From the NCBI GenBank assembly GCA_904063045.1, contig CAJFCJ010000019.1:3540684-3604683 (forward strand): a stretch of DNA of 64,000 nt, written 5' to 3'. Below are positions 12,201-24,137 of the stretch, piece by piece. The stretch's first letter is position 1; each line of letters starts with the position of its first letter. Both the position numbers and the translations under genes were made by a program. Below the pieces are notes generated by a model, which worked only from the letters and a program-made list of their open reading frames with translations, had not been told where the DNA came from and did no database searches. The stretch comes from Dimorphilus gyrociliatus (taxonomy: Eukaryota > Animalia > Annelida).

Positions 12201-12742
12201 TTACCTATGTATAATAAAACAGGAATGAATATACTTTATTGCGGATGCTACTTGATAAAAATACCATAAAACCTCTTCTTCTAGGAAAGGAGTAGAACGA
12301 GAAGCAATCTTTTGGTGTAAATTTCCACCGTCTGCATATTCCATTTCAATTAATAAGTTATTACCATCTAAAAAGTGATTGTAATATGATACTATGGACG
12401 GATGATTAAAACGAGACAATATTTCAATTTCATTCTGTGCTTCACTACGTTGTTTTTCGCTTAAGTTACTTAGATCAATCTCTTTCCAGACTACGAGCAT
12501 ATTATCCTATAAATGTTATATAAACTTAGCACAACCTTTATAGTAAGGTATATATTTACTGTATGTAATTTTCTTTTTATTGAATATTATTGATCGCTCA
12601 CCTCGGTTTTTCTGTATAGGTTTGCTTCGCCGAACGCACCTCTACCTAATTTCCTGACGAAATTATAAAATGTTTCTTGAGTAGTGTCACTGCATATATC
12701 GGCCGATGACTTTCTCAAAGGATCCTTTTCCGTCTCACTCAT
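9274..12742 (-). CDS. NEK9: NIMA-related kinase NEK9 (kinase, RCC1 repeats, coiled coil)
   Basis: ATG 12742; LGRGAFG, HRDIKTLN, DFG and GTPYYMSPE kinase motifs; RCC1 repeats in ORF 10355-11872; WLRDELENADFIP motif and coiled coil. The last two exons (9274-9705) are less certain. Confidence 0.92.
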
Positions 12743-13102
12743 AGCAAACAATCTGAATCAACTTTATAGCAAAATATTCAACAAGATTATCCGTCTCTTG
12801 AGTCGACCGCCATTTTAGTGACGTAGAACAAAAGCGGCGGGTATTCCCTCTTCTATTTTTAACGGTTGAAAAGAACGTTAATTGATCTATGTTTTAATTA
12901 TTTCATTTCCAAACGGAATTTTAATTTAAATAAAATACTATGTTGAAGATTATTTTAAGATAAAAGTTGCTGACCAATGACTTATTTAATCGATAGAATA
13001 ATCATAAAAAAGTATTGCGACAGATCTTGATAAATATCATGTTTAAAGTTGATAAATAAAGAAAAATATAGAGATATTTACAGCTTGAGTTATCTCCTTT
13101 AC

Positions 13103-13107
<5 letters not shown>

Positions 13108-13139
<32 letters not shown>
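13108..13139. repeat. (TA)16 microsatellite
   Basis: Read directly from the sequence; followed by CAGTATATACACTGTA. Confidence 0.97.
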
Positions 13140-13142
<3 letters not shown>

Positions 13143-13446
13143 TATATACACTGTACATAAGTTTTCCACTTAAGAAATCTTTATGAAGATTGTTAAACTA
13201 CTTGTTCAACTTCTTAAAATCTTTACAATGCAAAGGACAAACAAATATTCTATTAGATTGATAGTACTCTCCATCAGACTTTATTTGACAATAAACAAAG
13301 TAAATATCTATCTTATATAGAGTAAATTAATAGCAGACAGTTAAAATTTGTTTGGATGAAAAATTCATTGATTGAATTCTTTCGCTCAAAGAATTATTGA
13401 TTAAAATTAAAGATTTTTTTAAAATCTTTTAATCCTTCGCCTATTG

Positions 13447-13482
13447 CTCCCTCCCTCCCTCTCTCTCTCTCTCTCTCTCTCT
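13447..13482. repeat. (CCCT)n/(CT)n microsatellite
   Basis: Read directly from the sequence. Confidence 0.95.
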
Positions 13483-16479
13483 TACTATAAACACTGCAAA
13501 ATAATCTTTATTTTCGGGCAATATCAAAACAATTCATAAGAGCATCTTGTATTACATTTAAAATCGAATTTTTAATATCCGCTGTAAAGTTGAGTGTATG
13601 GTTCCTGTTAATTCATATTTACTTTAATACCCTATTTGAACCACTTCCTGTAACCATAGAAACCTTACAGTTATAAAGTAATAGGAACATGTTTATTTTT
13701 ACTATATTTGTTACAATAACTTGTCAGTTAGTTTTAATTGTACATTCCGAAGCTTTCATTCTATTCAAATTTAGAAAATTAATTTTTCAATGCTTTTCAA
13801 TTATTTGTTGAATTTTATTACCGGAAATGTGAATTTGGATTTTAACTATTTTCCCAGTTAATAGTTAACTTTCTCACCAATAGATGGCTTAGGTTTTAAA
13901 AAATAAAATAAATAGCGCCACCTAGGAATAAGTATCATAGATACTCTCATGCATAAAGCAGGATCATTGTTGAAATAACTGTGCAATTATCCGCATTTGT
14001 AGAAGAAGTTAAACACTACAGTAAGTAATTTACAAGGTTTTTTTTTATCTTATCCACTCAAGTAAAATCTTTTTGCACTTCATAATAAAGGAGAGTAAAA
14101 GAGACTGTTATCATGACTCTTTATCTCTTGCCTTTCTATGGTTCAGTTAACGTTCGTTAGAGGTTCTTATTATTTTTTTAAATGTGCACTTTGGTGCGTA
14201 AAAGAATCTCAACTGAACATAAGACTGATTATTTGGAAAAGTTGAAAGTGTTGTCTAATTTTACATTTTTAAGCAATAAAACAGTTTTATGGTGAAATTT
14301 GATAAAATAAGTGAACTTCTTGTATAATAAAATGTTAGAATACATGAATAGAGAAACTTAATATTCTATGAAAATATATTCCAGACTGTCTGCAGAAAAG
14401 AGCCTTCTTGTTCTCACTATACTGCAAAACAACAAAAAAAAAAAAGAATTCTATTCCTAGAGATAATCGTTAACTGCGTAGTATGTATAAAATTGAAGGG
14501 AAAAAGTGCTAATAAACCCAGAAGAGGTACTAACCATTCTGATTGGCAGACGAAAAATTCCAGAGGGCAGCTATTGGTTATATGAAACTAGCATAAAATT
14601 AGAATCAAAGAAGTTCTTGAGAAGAAAAGTTGGCGGAAAGTTTTGAAATTTAATAGGTAAGAGAATAATTTAACTATTGAAACAATTTACACTATTTTGT
14701 CTTTTGAGCCCTTATCTTATAAGTCTATCATCAAAAGAAAAATCCAAACCCCATATATCCCAATATATCATTTTCAGTCAGCCAAAGAAAATGCTTAAAG
14801 GTTAAGATACTCGGTAAAGGGAACTTTTTAAGATGCTTGGATAAATTGCTCAATGCTTTTCATCCATCTCTCCGTCTCGATACCGTTTTACCGTTTCTTT
14901 CTCTCGGGGTATATCATAACAGATATTCGATTGCACAAAAAACATTTCCAATCGGTGAAATTTATATCGTAGGCGTTATCTTATAAAAAAAAAAGAGAGC
15001 AAAAATTCTTCTCTCACCTCAAAGTCAATTTTAACAAGTTCTTCTCTCTTCTTTCAAGGAAGAGAAAATCAATTTCGGTAAGAAGATGAGAAAAAGGTTT
15101 CCGGTTAGATTTTTTTTAGTGGTAGGCCTTAGGGCTGTAATACTTGCGCAACATATAACTGTGTTTACGTTAGCCGATGTCTGTTTGTACAAACAGGAGA
15201 GCTTAAGTTTAGAGATTTCTATCTGCGGCGCGTGTCTACTATAAATTATTTCAATTCGGCAAGCAATTTCCTCCAATAAAAGTTAATTGTATGCCTTTGA
15301 GAAGTATGGTTTAAGAGGGGATTTTTTATCAATCTTGTTGGTTTTAGCACATAGCCAAACTCAGTCATTAGTTTGTTTTCATTTCTGATTACTTTTTTCC
15401 TCCCACCTTCTAATGCTACCCGGGTTTTGCGTATATTTATATTAATAATAATAATGGCCGCATTGACCCAAAAAGGTGGTATGGAGTGTGAACCACGTAA
15501 TTACTGTACGAAGGAGATTGGACGAGTAGGAAAGGAGGGTATTTTTTATGCGTTCTTCTCCTGTATCCTAATATATATAAGTGTATACGTGTAATGCAAA
15601 TAAAAGCTCAAAAGGATAAAAGTAACAAAATCTTTACCGTATGGCATTTAAGAAAAAGGAAAACTTACAAATAAATAAATAAATAAGCTATTAAGATTTA
15701 CTCTTATTTATATAAATATAATTACTATGTACAGTAGAAATGTGAAAAGATCAATTTTCTTATTTATATACTGCAATTAAATATTACATATAGTATAATA
15801 CAAATATTTTAATTATGAAAATATAAGCCTATCATTTAAGTATTTACTATTTTAAGTATATTTTTCAATATGTAAGAAAGCTAAGAATAAGAGAGTAAAG
15901 GAATTTTCTTTTTTACGCTAATGCCAAAAGTCGAAAGATGCAGATAAATAATATTTATAATAGTAGACAAGAAGCTGTCTGAAAAAATACGATTACAGAT
16001 TTGCGCATGTTTGTCTTGCAATATTAACGCAGCATCTTATATATAATAGTTCCATATATCATATACATGAAATCCATCCTTCCAGCCACACATTTATTTC
16101 CTCTTTTTACCCCCTTTTTTTTCTCATTTCCTTCCAGGCTGGAATAAGTGGTAGATAGAAGAGAAAACAAGAAAGAATTATATACAAAGAGGTGGCCGTG
16201 TACTGAAAAGAAGTGCGTGAAAGATTTAACGAGTTTAGCACAGTTGATTTTTCATCGGCTTATCTTATTAGTACTGATTTACTACTGGATTCTTTCTCTT
16301 TATTCTTACTTCTAGAACGCAGGCCTATTTTGAAGAAATATTCTACCTTGACTAAACAAGCTTATGCCCAATATAAAGCGGGTACCTCATTAAATTTCTC
16401 TCATCTTTTCAACGAGTGCGGGAAATAAAGCGATAAATCGGCAGAAGGAAAACACATCTGCAAAACTTTCACTCAGTTC

Positions 16480-17226
16480 ATGATAAATTACTTGAAGATG
16501 TGCTCTACAGAAACGTATCTTGTGATATTTGTGACCTCTGCACTCACTAACTTCATGCAGAGGCAAACTGTCAGACAAACTTGGGCGGCGGGAAACTTCA
16601 AAGAGAAGGTCGCTATTTATTTCCTCGTTGGTTTTCCGACAAATAACGAATTAAGAGAAGAAATAAATCTTCATAATGACCTTATCATTACAAACTACAC
16701 GGATACCTATAAAAATTTAACTTACAAATCTATTGAATTCCTCAAATTTGCCAACGAAAACTGCAAGAATGTTCGATATGTACTAAAGACGGACGACGAC
16801 GTGTATGTCAACGTGAACAAATTACTAACGGATTTAGACACAAGTTTAACTAGATTTATTATGGGAAATTTGATAGTGGAAGGTAAAGTGATAAGGGATA
16901 AACTTTCAAAGTGGTACGTAGACGAAACGACTTATTCCTCCACAACCTACCCTCCATATATGTCTGGTACAGCTTACCTAATTTCCGGGGATATTATACA
17001 AGAATTATACAAAGAGGTAATAAAACGAAAACCATTCATTTGGGAAGATGTATACATTACTGGAATGTGTTCAAAATCAATAAAAGGCCTACAATTGATC
17101 CATTCAACGAAATTTACATTTCGTAAAGTATCCTTTACTAAAAGAATTCTTCAAAGATTAATAACAATTCATGGAATTAATTCGAAACAAATGAAAACAA
17201 TCTGGAATATTATAAATAGATCATGA
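16480..17226 (+). CDS. Beta-1,3-galactosyltransferase family (GT31) catalytic domain; N-terminal membrane anchor unresolved
   Basis: GT31 motifs: RQTVRQTW, NDLIITNYTDTYKNLTYKS, LKTDDD (DxD), YPPYMSG and EDVYITG. Single coding exon; the 5' end is ambiguous (see findings). Confidence 0.88.
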   Translation: MINYLKMCSTETYLVIFVTSALTNFMQRQTVRQTWAAGNFKEKVAIYFLVGFPTNNELREEINLHNDLIITNYTDTYKNLTYKSIEFLKFANENCKNVRYVLKTDDDVYVNVNKLLTDLDTSLTRFIMGNLIVEGKVIRDKLSKWYVDETTYSSTTYPPYMSGTAYLISGDIIQELYKEVIKRKPFIWEDVYITGMCSKSIKGLQLIHSTKFTFRKVSFTKRILQRLITIHGINSKQMKTIWNIINRS

Positions 17227-18338
17227 ATAATAAACAACTAGATATATCTAACCCTCGTTATTTTGGATAGCAGGTACTAAACATCGTTATATAACTATAT
17301 AAACTTCATACAGGATGATTGATATAATATTTTTATAACGAAAAGAACAATGAAGAAGAATTTCTTCATCGCTTGAACTTTTTTTTTGTTGTTTTTATAA
17401 AAAAAAAAAAAAAAAAGACTTTGAAAGTAAAAAAAAAAACACAAAAAAAGAGACGAATGGGAGAGATGGAATGAAAAAAAATACCTGAAATTGATAATCT
17501 AAATAACAGATAGGGTAGAACTATCTAGAGTTAATAAAAAAAAAAGAAACTTTTTTTAATCTTTCTCATACGTATTCATTTTACAAAACATCGGACGAAA
17601 TTTCTAGTTACGGGGATTTGCTCAATCCAAGTAAACTTGTTAGGGTGCTGTTTGTAATTGTAGAAACTTCTCAGCTGCGTAAACAAGAACAAACAAAATC
17701 ATGTAAGATTCTATCGCCATCTTGCGGATTTCCTCTTTCTTTATTTATGAAAGAGATATTATCATTATAAAAGCCCTTTCGCATCTAAACATTCAGCGGT
17801 AATTGTTTAAAGAAATAAATCAGCCTAATGGCCTCCATTTTTCTTTTATAGATATAAATATGTTCATAAACGGTTGACCTATTTAGTGAACTTGAAAGTT
17901 TTCTTCCCAGGTCGTAAATTGTGACAAAACTAAGATGAATAACAACTTTTTACGAGCCGTGAAAAGATTCTAAAAGATATTCTCGTATATCGTTTACTAC
18001 AATCAATATAGTTGGTTAATTTATTCCGTCGAATTGGTAAATTCCCACCATTTTATGTATACAAACTTTATTATCTGATGACTGACAAGTTGCAGAATTT
18101 GTGCATAAAAGCTGAGAGGTGAAGAGAAGAATTTGGCGCTCAATTAACTTTTCTGCTAATTAGCTCTAAATTTAATTAACGAGAAAGAACTTGACTACAA
18201 GAAATATGCAATTAGAAGATAACAAAAAGATAAGGGGATTAAGCTCTTTTGTACGATTATCAGTTCTATTTCTTTTTATTTCTTTTACTCTTTTTAGTTT
18301 TACTTTTAGTCTTTTCGCTCTTTCCACTCTTTCTACTT

Positions 18339-19388
18339 TTACTCCTCTTATCTTTACTCTTTTTTATTTTCTCTCTTCTATTCTTATCTTTTCGATCCTT
18401 TCTCCTCTCTCTTTTATCTTTACTCCCTGTACCAGTTGTAGAAGTATAGCTTTCGCTACCAGGATCTGTTTCATTAGTGGTACGTTTATCTCCACGGTTA
18501 GAAGACGTACCGCGACTTTCGCCTTGGGACTGTAAAGTAGAAGATCGCGGTGCTGGAGTCGCGTTTTTAGCCGATAATGTGTTTCCATGCTGAGAAATAC
18601 CCCCTTGTCCAGAAGGACCAATTATAGCATTCTAAAGTTTTGATATCGAAAAATTTATAGAATCTTTTCTAAAACTAATAAATAAATAAAACATATTTAC
18701 AGAGTCTGAATTGATGGTACTAGAAGCTCCTAAAGGCATTGGAAGTGTCGAAATACTAGAAGTAGGCCTATATGAATGTGGATATCTACACGAGCCGAAT
18801 AAATCCAGTTTTTCCTCTGACATTAATCCACCGTAAAATTGATTATCGTATGTTCTTCCTGTTGGGAAACGATTACACAACCTAGCAGGATTACATAACG
18901 GCTCGATAGACCTAATATTTGTGCTATTTTCTAAATTTTTAATATATCGTCTCAATTTATCATTTTCCTGAATTAATTCCATATTTCTACTCTTTATCTT
19001 CTCATTACACGAACGCAATTCATCCATTACCGTACCACCATCCCTAAGCTTCTTCAAAAGCATCGTTACAGTACAGCCTAAATATTTTTCGAATGAATAA
19101 ATGCAAGCAAAATATAAAGGGCAATTAATTTTCTAATTAATTAATTAATTAATTAATTCTTTCATGTTTCTTCTAATTAATTTATTGTTACATATATCTA
19201 TTCATTCGATGAAATATGCCTAATTCCGTCAATTCCAATTTTAAATCGTTCAACTCTGCTACAGATTCGTGGTATTCATCTTTATAATGATGTGAATTGA
19301 CGTAGCTCAAATTTTCATTGCAAACGCACCTATCAATGGAATTTAACTTGGCACAGTAACTTTTCGTCGAACAAGGTGAAGAATCCAT
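18339..19388 (-). CDS. Uncharacterised three-exon protein: short coiled coil, S/T-rich linker and K/R/E-rich tail
   Basis: ORFs 19188-19388 and 18632-19063 plus a terminal exon reading ...GSKDKRERRKDRKDKNRREKIKKSKDKEE*. The first splice junction is not cleanly in phase. Confidence 0.4.
19116..19158. repeat. (TTAA)n tandem tract inside a putative intron
   Basis: ttaattaattaattaattaattaatt, read directly. Confidence 0.8.
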
Positions 19389-19984
19389 ACGTTTCCTATT
19401 CAGGCCAATAGGTTTTTTTTTTTAAATAATACTTAAACTATCTAGCTTTTTAAATTCTTTTTGTTTTATTTATATTTTCAATGTATAACATTACTTTTTC
19501 ATGTTTAAAATGAAAGTATGACAAAAATTATAAATAATTAGGCCTATAAAGAGATGATTAGTTATAAACTATCCAAAGAGTATTCTAACATTTATTCATT
19601 CTGTTGACTGTTTGAAGAGCTAAGATCTTTTTAACGAGGCCTTCTAAGAAGCTATATTTTATGAAAAAATAGCACCTAAACAAACTAAAATAGAAAATAG
19701 AGCAACTGTTGCTTTTGCTTTATTTATTAGTTTTCTTGATATTATCATTATCATTATCGTCATTTTTATATCCACTTTATCATTATCTTCCCTAATTCTT
19801 ATTCCTCATGTCTCTGCAAATCATTTTGTTCTATGCTTAAAATGAATAGAAATAATTAATTTGTTTACTCAAGTAACAATAATAGCAAATGATGGTCCAG
19901 CAAGACATGTATATTTATATATATCGAGTTACATCGCTTCTTCCTGTTTGAGAGCAAGTGAATCTCTGAAAATGTGAGGAAAAT

Positions 19985-19992
19985 AGAGAAAA

Positions 19993-20045
<53 letters not shown>

Positions 20046-20432
20046 AAAAGTAATTTTATCGTTATCTCAAAAATATAATCCCTGTAAAGTAAACTTGTCT
20101 ATCTTTGTTAATTTCTATAGTATTAAATGAGGTCTTTTGGCAAAATTTAAGTGAAAATTGGCCTGCTTGTGTTTCGTTACTACAACAAAGATGAAAAGAG
20201 AGAAAAACAGCGAGAGAGAGCGAGAGAGAGAGAGAGAAAGAGAGAGAATGAGAGAGTGAGTGAGTGAGTAAGAAAAAAAGGGAAATTAATTCTAATTAGT
20301 AGTTATAATTATACTATTACATTGTAAAAAGAGAAAATTAACGGAAATGTTATACAATACATAAAAAAGACCTATTAGTAATCATACCAAAGCGGATTCT
20401 TAAAGACGAAGAGAGAGAGAGAGAGAGAGAGA
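19985..20432. repeat. Cluster of (GA)n/(GAGT)n microsatellites (about 19985-20046, 20210-20268 and 20409-20432)
   Basis: Read directly from the sequence. Confidence 0.95.
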
Positions 20433-20683
20433 AATAATTCCTACCACATTTTGTTTTCTTTTCTTCAATATGAAAAAAACAACTTTTGTTTAAATTTATT
20501 TTCTCTTATTTCTCCTTGTTTTCTTTCTATATGCAATAAAAAAAAATAAAAAATATTGACATTAACAACAAAACAAACTATATACATTATATATAAACAA
20601 CAAAATATATACATTTATAATACTGACATTTTTCTTATTAACAGACCAGAGTTGGGTTATATAGTACATATTTAATACACTAC

Positions 20684-21709
20684 TCAACTAAATGTTGTAG
20701 TTTGTGTTCTTGGTGGGTTGACTATCTTTTTACACGTTAACATACTCACTAAGACTTTCCTAAAATTCTTACTAAACGTTGTATAGATGACAAAGCTAAA
20801 TGCTGCATTAACATTTACTAAAAATTTAGCTATATGATCTAGAAAGTAAACAAAATCAGCACAATTTCTCTTTCTGCTTCTTAGTAGATGGAAGAATGCA
20901 ATTGGTACTTGGCAGAATATAGTTGTTATCACTGTTATCAGCAATACCACGGTAATTTCGTTGCTGGGTTTTAATATCCTCTTCTTGCCCTCTTCGGTTA
21001 GCGTCTGAAAGTGGGTTTGTACGTCGTTTAACCTCTTTTGATTGAGTATCCATAATATTCTGGCCGTTAGGACAGACATAATCAACAAAGGTCCGAATGT
21101 AAAGAATAAAACGTTACAATATATCTTATAACCCTTTTGGTATACTGCTGAATTGCCGAACGAAGTCCGCATTTCTTTCAATTTGCCATCAGTGTCCTTG
21201 ATAACCTTGTATTCAAAAAATCTCGGGAGATTAAATAAGATAACAAAGGAGCAAACATAAATTACGAATAAATTGGTTCTTCTCCTCGTCCATACGAATT
21301 TTACATTAAAAGGCCTACAAACGGCATAATATTTGTTTACGGCTATTAAAATGGCTATCCAAACCGTAGTCATGTGCAATATAGGCGTGAAAATCCAAAT
21401 ATATCTAATATAAGGCCAGGTATACCACCACTGATTACATTTCTTCGTAAACTCACACCCATATGGAATAGAATCGACGAACACAACCAATATATTTAGT
21501 CCAGTTCCACTAAGTAATAACGACTTTAAGAGAATATTCGCAGAGTTTCTCTTACCTTTTAAGAAAACTAAAAAAGATAATAAATTTCCAGTAACTCCCG
21601 GCAAACATATTACTGAGTATATAACCGTCCATAGTATAAAATTAAAAACAATAACACAGTTTGCATCGTATCCTTTTCCGTCCGTTGAGTTTGTGATATT
21701 ATATACCAT
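20684..21709 (-). CDS. Intronless class A GPCR, FMRFamide/sex-peptide-receptor-like (GPR139/142/Srw-like) family
   Basis: 341-aa ORF with seven hydrophobic segments: GN in TM1, NKY at the DRY position, FNLPRFFEY in TM4, CQVP in TM6 and NAAFSFVIY in TM7. Confidence 0.9.
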   Translation of the reverse strand: MVYNITNSTDGKGYDANCVIVFNFILWTVIYSVICLPGVTGNLLSFLVFLKGKRNSANILLKSLLLSGTGLNILVVFVDSIPYGCEFTKKCNQWWYTWPYIRYIWIFTPILHMTTVWIAILIAVNKYYAVCRPFNVKFVWTRRRTNLFVIYVCSFVILFNLPRFFEYKVIKDTDGKLKEMRTSFGNSAVYQKGYKIYCNVLFFTFGPLLIMSVLTARILWILNQKRLNDVQTHFQTLTEEGKKRILKPSNEITVVLLITVITTIFCQVPIAFFHLLRSRKRNCADFVYFLDHIAKFLVNVNAAFSFVIYTTFSKNFRKVLVSMLTCKKIVNPPRTQTTTFS

Positions 21710-22200
21710 TTTCCTCCGTGCAGTGCTTGCTTATAAATAGCCTTGTACTCTTCTGATAACACATTAATATAATACTGCGCTCTAGAGGGGAATATCTTTT
21801 AAGGCCTAATCAACTCTCCCACACTCTATTTTTCTTTACTCTTTCTTCAACTTTTGTCATCTTTTTCATTTGCTCAGTCTCGTTATTATTCAATAATGCT
21901 AATCGATTACTAGTTCAATATGTATAAATATAATATATTTAGTATATCTATATTTATATTAATATAGATATAAAATCACTTATTCATAATGTATCAAATA
22001 TTTTATAATACCATAAAATTTCTCTTTCATGATAATACTTTATTACAATAATAAAGCTAAATTAATATATTTATTCATTATATTAGCACCTATATTACCA
22101 ACAGCCTACCCACCCCCTCACACACACGCGCAGAGACACTCTCCACCCCGCAAAAGACTAATTTCCATATCTAATAAGTTTTTGGACTCTTCCAACCATC

Positions 22201-22467
22201 TTCTCTCTCTCTCTCTCTCTCTCTCGACTTTCCATCCTAATCTCCTTTTCGAACTGCAGATAGTATTTTTTTTCCAATTAAATGACTATTCTAAAGTTGT
22301 TATTATCTCATAAAAAAATAACTCCAAATTCTAAATTCTCTATTAATCTATGCTAATACGTTTTTGATTAAAGTTTGTTTATCATTTTTTAATATGTAAA
22401 GTTCAAACCACTTATTGGCTACTCTTTCTTTCCCCCTTCTCCCCCCTCTCTCTCTCCTTCTTTCTCT
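22201..22467. repeat. (TC)n tracts (about 22201-22224 and 22420-22467)
   Basis: Read directly from the sequence. Confidence 0.85.
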
Positions 22468-23151
22468 CAATATATACTGTATATAGATATATGGTTTATC
22501 TCTCTTGTCTTTCTTCCATTCGTAATAACTTCTTTATATTCAGATAAATAGAAAACAATATGTTAATTTTATGAAATGACTAGCATACTTATTTGCTATA
22601 CATATAGATATATAACTATAATTATATTATATATATATATACTGTATTTATTATACAGTATAAAGGACAAGAAGACTAGATTTCGTCGGTAAATTATTAA
22701 ACGATAAATGATAAATAAGATAAGGCAAAAATATTATGCTATAAATTTACAATTATTATGTTTCTTTCTCTTATTTTTTCTATTAATAGCCTTAATTTTT
22801 TTTATGTATGAATAAATGATGAGTAAAACTTTTTATTGGTGCTAATTAAAACGATAAACATTTCTAATTATTTTGTCTAAATTCTAAAGTTCGCCGAATT
22901 TATTATGAATAATCTTTTCGCTTTTGCCTTAATGAAAAGTTTTAGGCCTACTATAACATATTTTACAAATCGGTAGCTAAAGGAGAAAAACTTTATTTAA
23001 TAAAACTTTTTATATATTTAGAAAGTAGGGTAAGTCTAAATATGGCGAGGATTTAAATTTTTTGTTCGCTTTGTTTGCTAGCGCTACCCAAGAATATTTT
23101 ACCAAATTCTAACCAGTTTTCAAAGTTAAAGAGTGTTGTAAGTGAGGGAAA

Positions 23152-24064
23152 ATGCCTATCAAAAGAAAAAAGTTCAATTCCAGATTCCCAACGGTTAGAT
23201 TAAAAGAATTAACGTCATTGTATTGGATTAAACTAATAATTGCTTTGATCTTTAAAACAGGCTAGAATAAAGAAGATTATGCAGACAGATGATGATATTG
23301 GTAAAGTGGCTGCTATTGTACCGGTTGTAATCTGTATCCTTTTCATTGTTATTTAATCAAGTTACTTTTAAACGTAAATTCCTTAAGTAAATTTAAAGCA
23401 CGAGCCCTAGAATTGTTTATCGACGGCTTGGTAAAAAAATCATATGAACAAACAAAATCCAGAAATGCAAAGACGCTCACAACGTCTCACATGTAAGCAT
23501 TAATTAAAAGTATTACTTCAGCCTAACTAGTTTTTCATGGTTTATTTTAGAAAACAAGTAATACACGAAGAAAAAGGGTTTGACTTTCTAAAAGATCTCG
23601 TTCAGAATGTACCCGATCGATCCGCCGAAGATGAAGACACAAAGACCAGACAGACGAAACGCAGTTTGTCCAATGCGTCTGTAGGATCAGAAGGAGGCGT
23701 ACCCACTAAAAGAAGGCGACCTAAGAAAGTACAAGAGGTAGAATTTTTACCTTTAGATTCAGTTTATTCATTTAGAAATAATTTGTTAACTTGTTAACAT
23801 GTTTTAAATTTATTTTTATTGGTATATTAGTCTAAGAATAAGTGTTTTAAATTGTTAATTCAGAGTAGCTCAACTTGCACTGCCACCTCAACACCATCGT
23901 CCTCACATTCAGATTTGGAAGAAAACAAAGAGGATTTACTAGGGTAAAATATCAATTAGTAAAGAGAGACGTTTCTAAAGATTTTAAACACATGTAGAGT
24001 AAGCAAAACCGACGAAGATTCTAAAAGTGAGCAGGAAGAAAGTGACGATGATGATTATGAATAA
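23152..24064 (+). CDS. DRAP1: Dr1-associated corepressor (NC2 alpha); multi-exon; intron 2 (23334-23398) is U12-type
   Basis: MPIKRKKFNSRFPT|ARIKKIMQTDDDIGKVAAIVPVVI|SRALELF...AKTLTTSH|...FDFLKDLV histone-fold sequence; acidic C-terminus ending at TAA 24062-24064. Confidence 0.95.
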
Positions 24065-24137
24065 TTGTTAAAACTAAGAGTTTTAAAAATGACACTTAAG
24101 ATCTATTGTTCTTAATATACCTAAGTTATTAGTTAAA

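Noticed and set aside
13505-13700. Exon-like stretch on the minus strand (NHTLNFTADIKNSILNVIQDALMNCFDIARK*)
   Set aside because: I could not connect it in phase to any upstream exon with a plausible intron length.
14085-14135. Imperfect hairpin (aaggagagtaaaagagac...gactctttatctcttgcctt)
   Set aside because: Short, bulged and made of purine/pyrimidine runs; not a credible pre-miRNA.
15031-15594. Short ORFs at 15031-15276 and 15373-15594
   Set aside because: No recognisable motifs, no consistent splice partners and no clear coding bias.
17580-18000. Isolated exon-like segments with splice-site-like boundaries on the plus strand
   Set aside because: No start codon or coherent reading frame across them; support is insufficient.
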